Origin: Octopus vulgaris
Lineage: Eukaryota
Assembly (NCBI GenBank): GCA_951406725.2
Contig: OX597838.1
Span: 4,154,001 to 4,218,000 of the forward strand
DNA: 64,000 nt
Direction of reading: 5' to 3'
The notes under the pieces are model-generated. The model was given only the letters and a program-made list of their open reading frames with translations, made no database searches and was not told the DNA's origin. Below, piece after piece: positions 62,671 to 64,000 of the stretch. Position 1 is the stretch's first letter. Each line of letters begins with the position of its first letter. Both the position numbers and the translations under genes were made by a program.

Positions 62671-63417
62671 GTTGGATCCATCTCTCCCCCCCTTCCTCTT
62701 GCATTCTCTAGTTGTTTCTCCCTCTCTAAATCTTCCCCCCTCTCTCTCTCTCTGCCTCTGTCTACCTCAACTTTCACTCTTTCTCCCTTTCACATCAACT
62801 TCACCTTCTTCCCTCCCCTCCAATCCCACGCTCTCTCACTTCTCCAATTACTCATTCCTCTCCAAATGGAGACATACAAGATATTAGTTTTCACTCAGCT
62901 CCCTTCCCCCCCTCCCCCGCCTATACATCTATCCCCTTCCCCCCCCTCCAACTCCTTTATAGTTCCCACACACTTCAACATTCACACACACACACACGCG
63001 TTTATTACCGCGACCTCCACCACCACCACCACCACCGCCGCCTTTCCAGACTTGCCACACTCACCCGCCTGCACTCCACGCAAACAATTGTCTCAGAGGG
63101 GGAGAGGAATGAAGAAAGAAAGAAAGAAAGAAAGAAAGAAGATATACATTAGTCACACTTGTTTGTTTATATTTACGTTATGTCTCGCCGAGAGAAAGTG
63201 TGTGTGTGTGTGTCTACATGCAAGAGAGACTAACTTCGATGCTTCTTTTTATCCACCTAAAAAACGCATTTTTAAATACACACACGCATTATTAATCAGC
63301 AGAAGTTATGGAGCGACTGTTGACAGGAGCAAACGAACGGAACTCTCGGCCCCTGAGTCACTCTGTAACTTCTGCCGTTTATCTATAATAATATAATAAT
63401 AATAATAATAAACAAGA

Positions 63418-64000
63418 GGCGCAGGAGTGGCTGTGTGGTAAGTAGCTTGCTTACCAAATCACATAGTTCCGGGTTCAGTTTCACTGCGTGGCACCTTGGG
63501 CAAGTGTCTTCTACTATAGCCTCGGGCCGACCAAAGCATTGTGAGTGGATTTGGTAGACAGAAACTTTCTACTATAGACACAAGGCCCGAAATCTGGAGG
63601 GAGAGGACCAGTCGATTAGATTGACCTCAGTATGTAACTGGTACTTACTTTATCGACCATGAAAGGATGAAAGACAAAGTTGACCTCAGCAGAATTTGAA
63701 CTCAGAACATAGCAGTTGATGAAATGCTGCTAAGCATTATGCCTGGTGTGCTAACGATTCTGCCAGCTTGCAGCTTTGATAATAATAATAATCTTTTCTA
63801 CTCTAGGCACAAGGCCCCAAATTTTGGGGGAGTGGAGTGGGGAGCAGTCAATTAGATCGGCCCCCAGTATGCAACTGGTGCTTATTGACCTCGAAGGGCT
63901 GAAAGGCAAAGTCAACCTTGGTGGAATTTGAACTCAGAACGTAAGGACGGACAAAATGCTTCAAAACATTTTGCTTGGTATGCTAATAATTCTGCCAGCT
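63418..64000. mobile_element. SINE A head (+, 63418-63566) abutting two tandem SINE C copies (-)
   Basis: GGCGCAGGAGTGGCTGTGTGGTAAGTAGC..., then CTTTCTACTATAGACACAAGG...GGATGAAAG...GAATTTGAACTCAGAAC twice. Confidence 0.78.

Overview
Eukaryotic, AT-rich and very microsatellite-rich DNA. The SINE/MITE content suggests an octopod cephalopod (inference, no database search). Four spliced protein-coding genes are visible. (1) UBE2D: first coding exon (-, 22359-22382, MALKRIQK), with a >22 kb intron 1 running off the left edge. (2) LRPAP1/RAP: last three exons (+, 24452-27503, ending HTEL*), directly after a 100-N gap where its 5' exons are missing. (3) NFU1: complete 8-exon gene (-, 29878-41198, 273 aa, CTNC motif). 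(4) A storkhead-box STOX1-like gene: first exon (+, 46361-47132), with a large His/Gly/Ser-rich insertion and a CTCF-like site upstream. Non-coding DNA holds a 5S rRNA pseudogene, a decayed but terminally complete Helitron, mariner/maT, CR1 and RLE-type LINE remnants, TTAA- and TA-type MITEs, three or more SINE families and many compound microsatellites. The most notable observation is a cluster of seven type-I hammerhead-ribozyme motifs from about four Penelope-like repeat families in NFU1 introns 1 and 3. Several are back-to-back inverted pairs, and two with complete catalytic cores lie in the sense orientation of the NFU1 pre-mRNA. Most ORFs in the supplied track are microsatellite or SINE artefacts.
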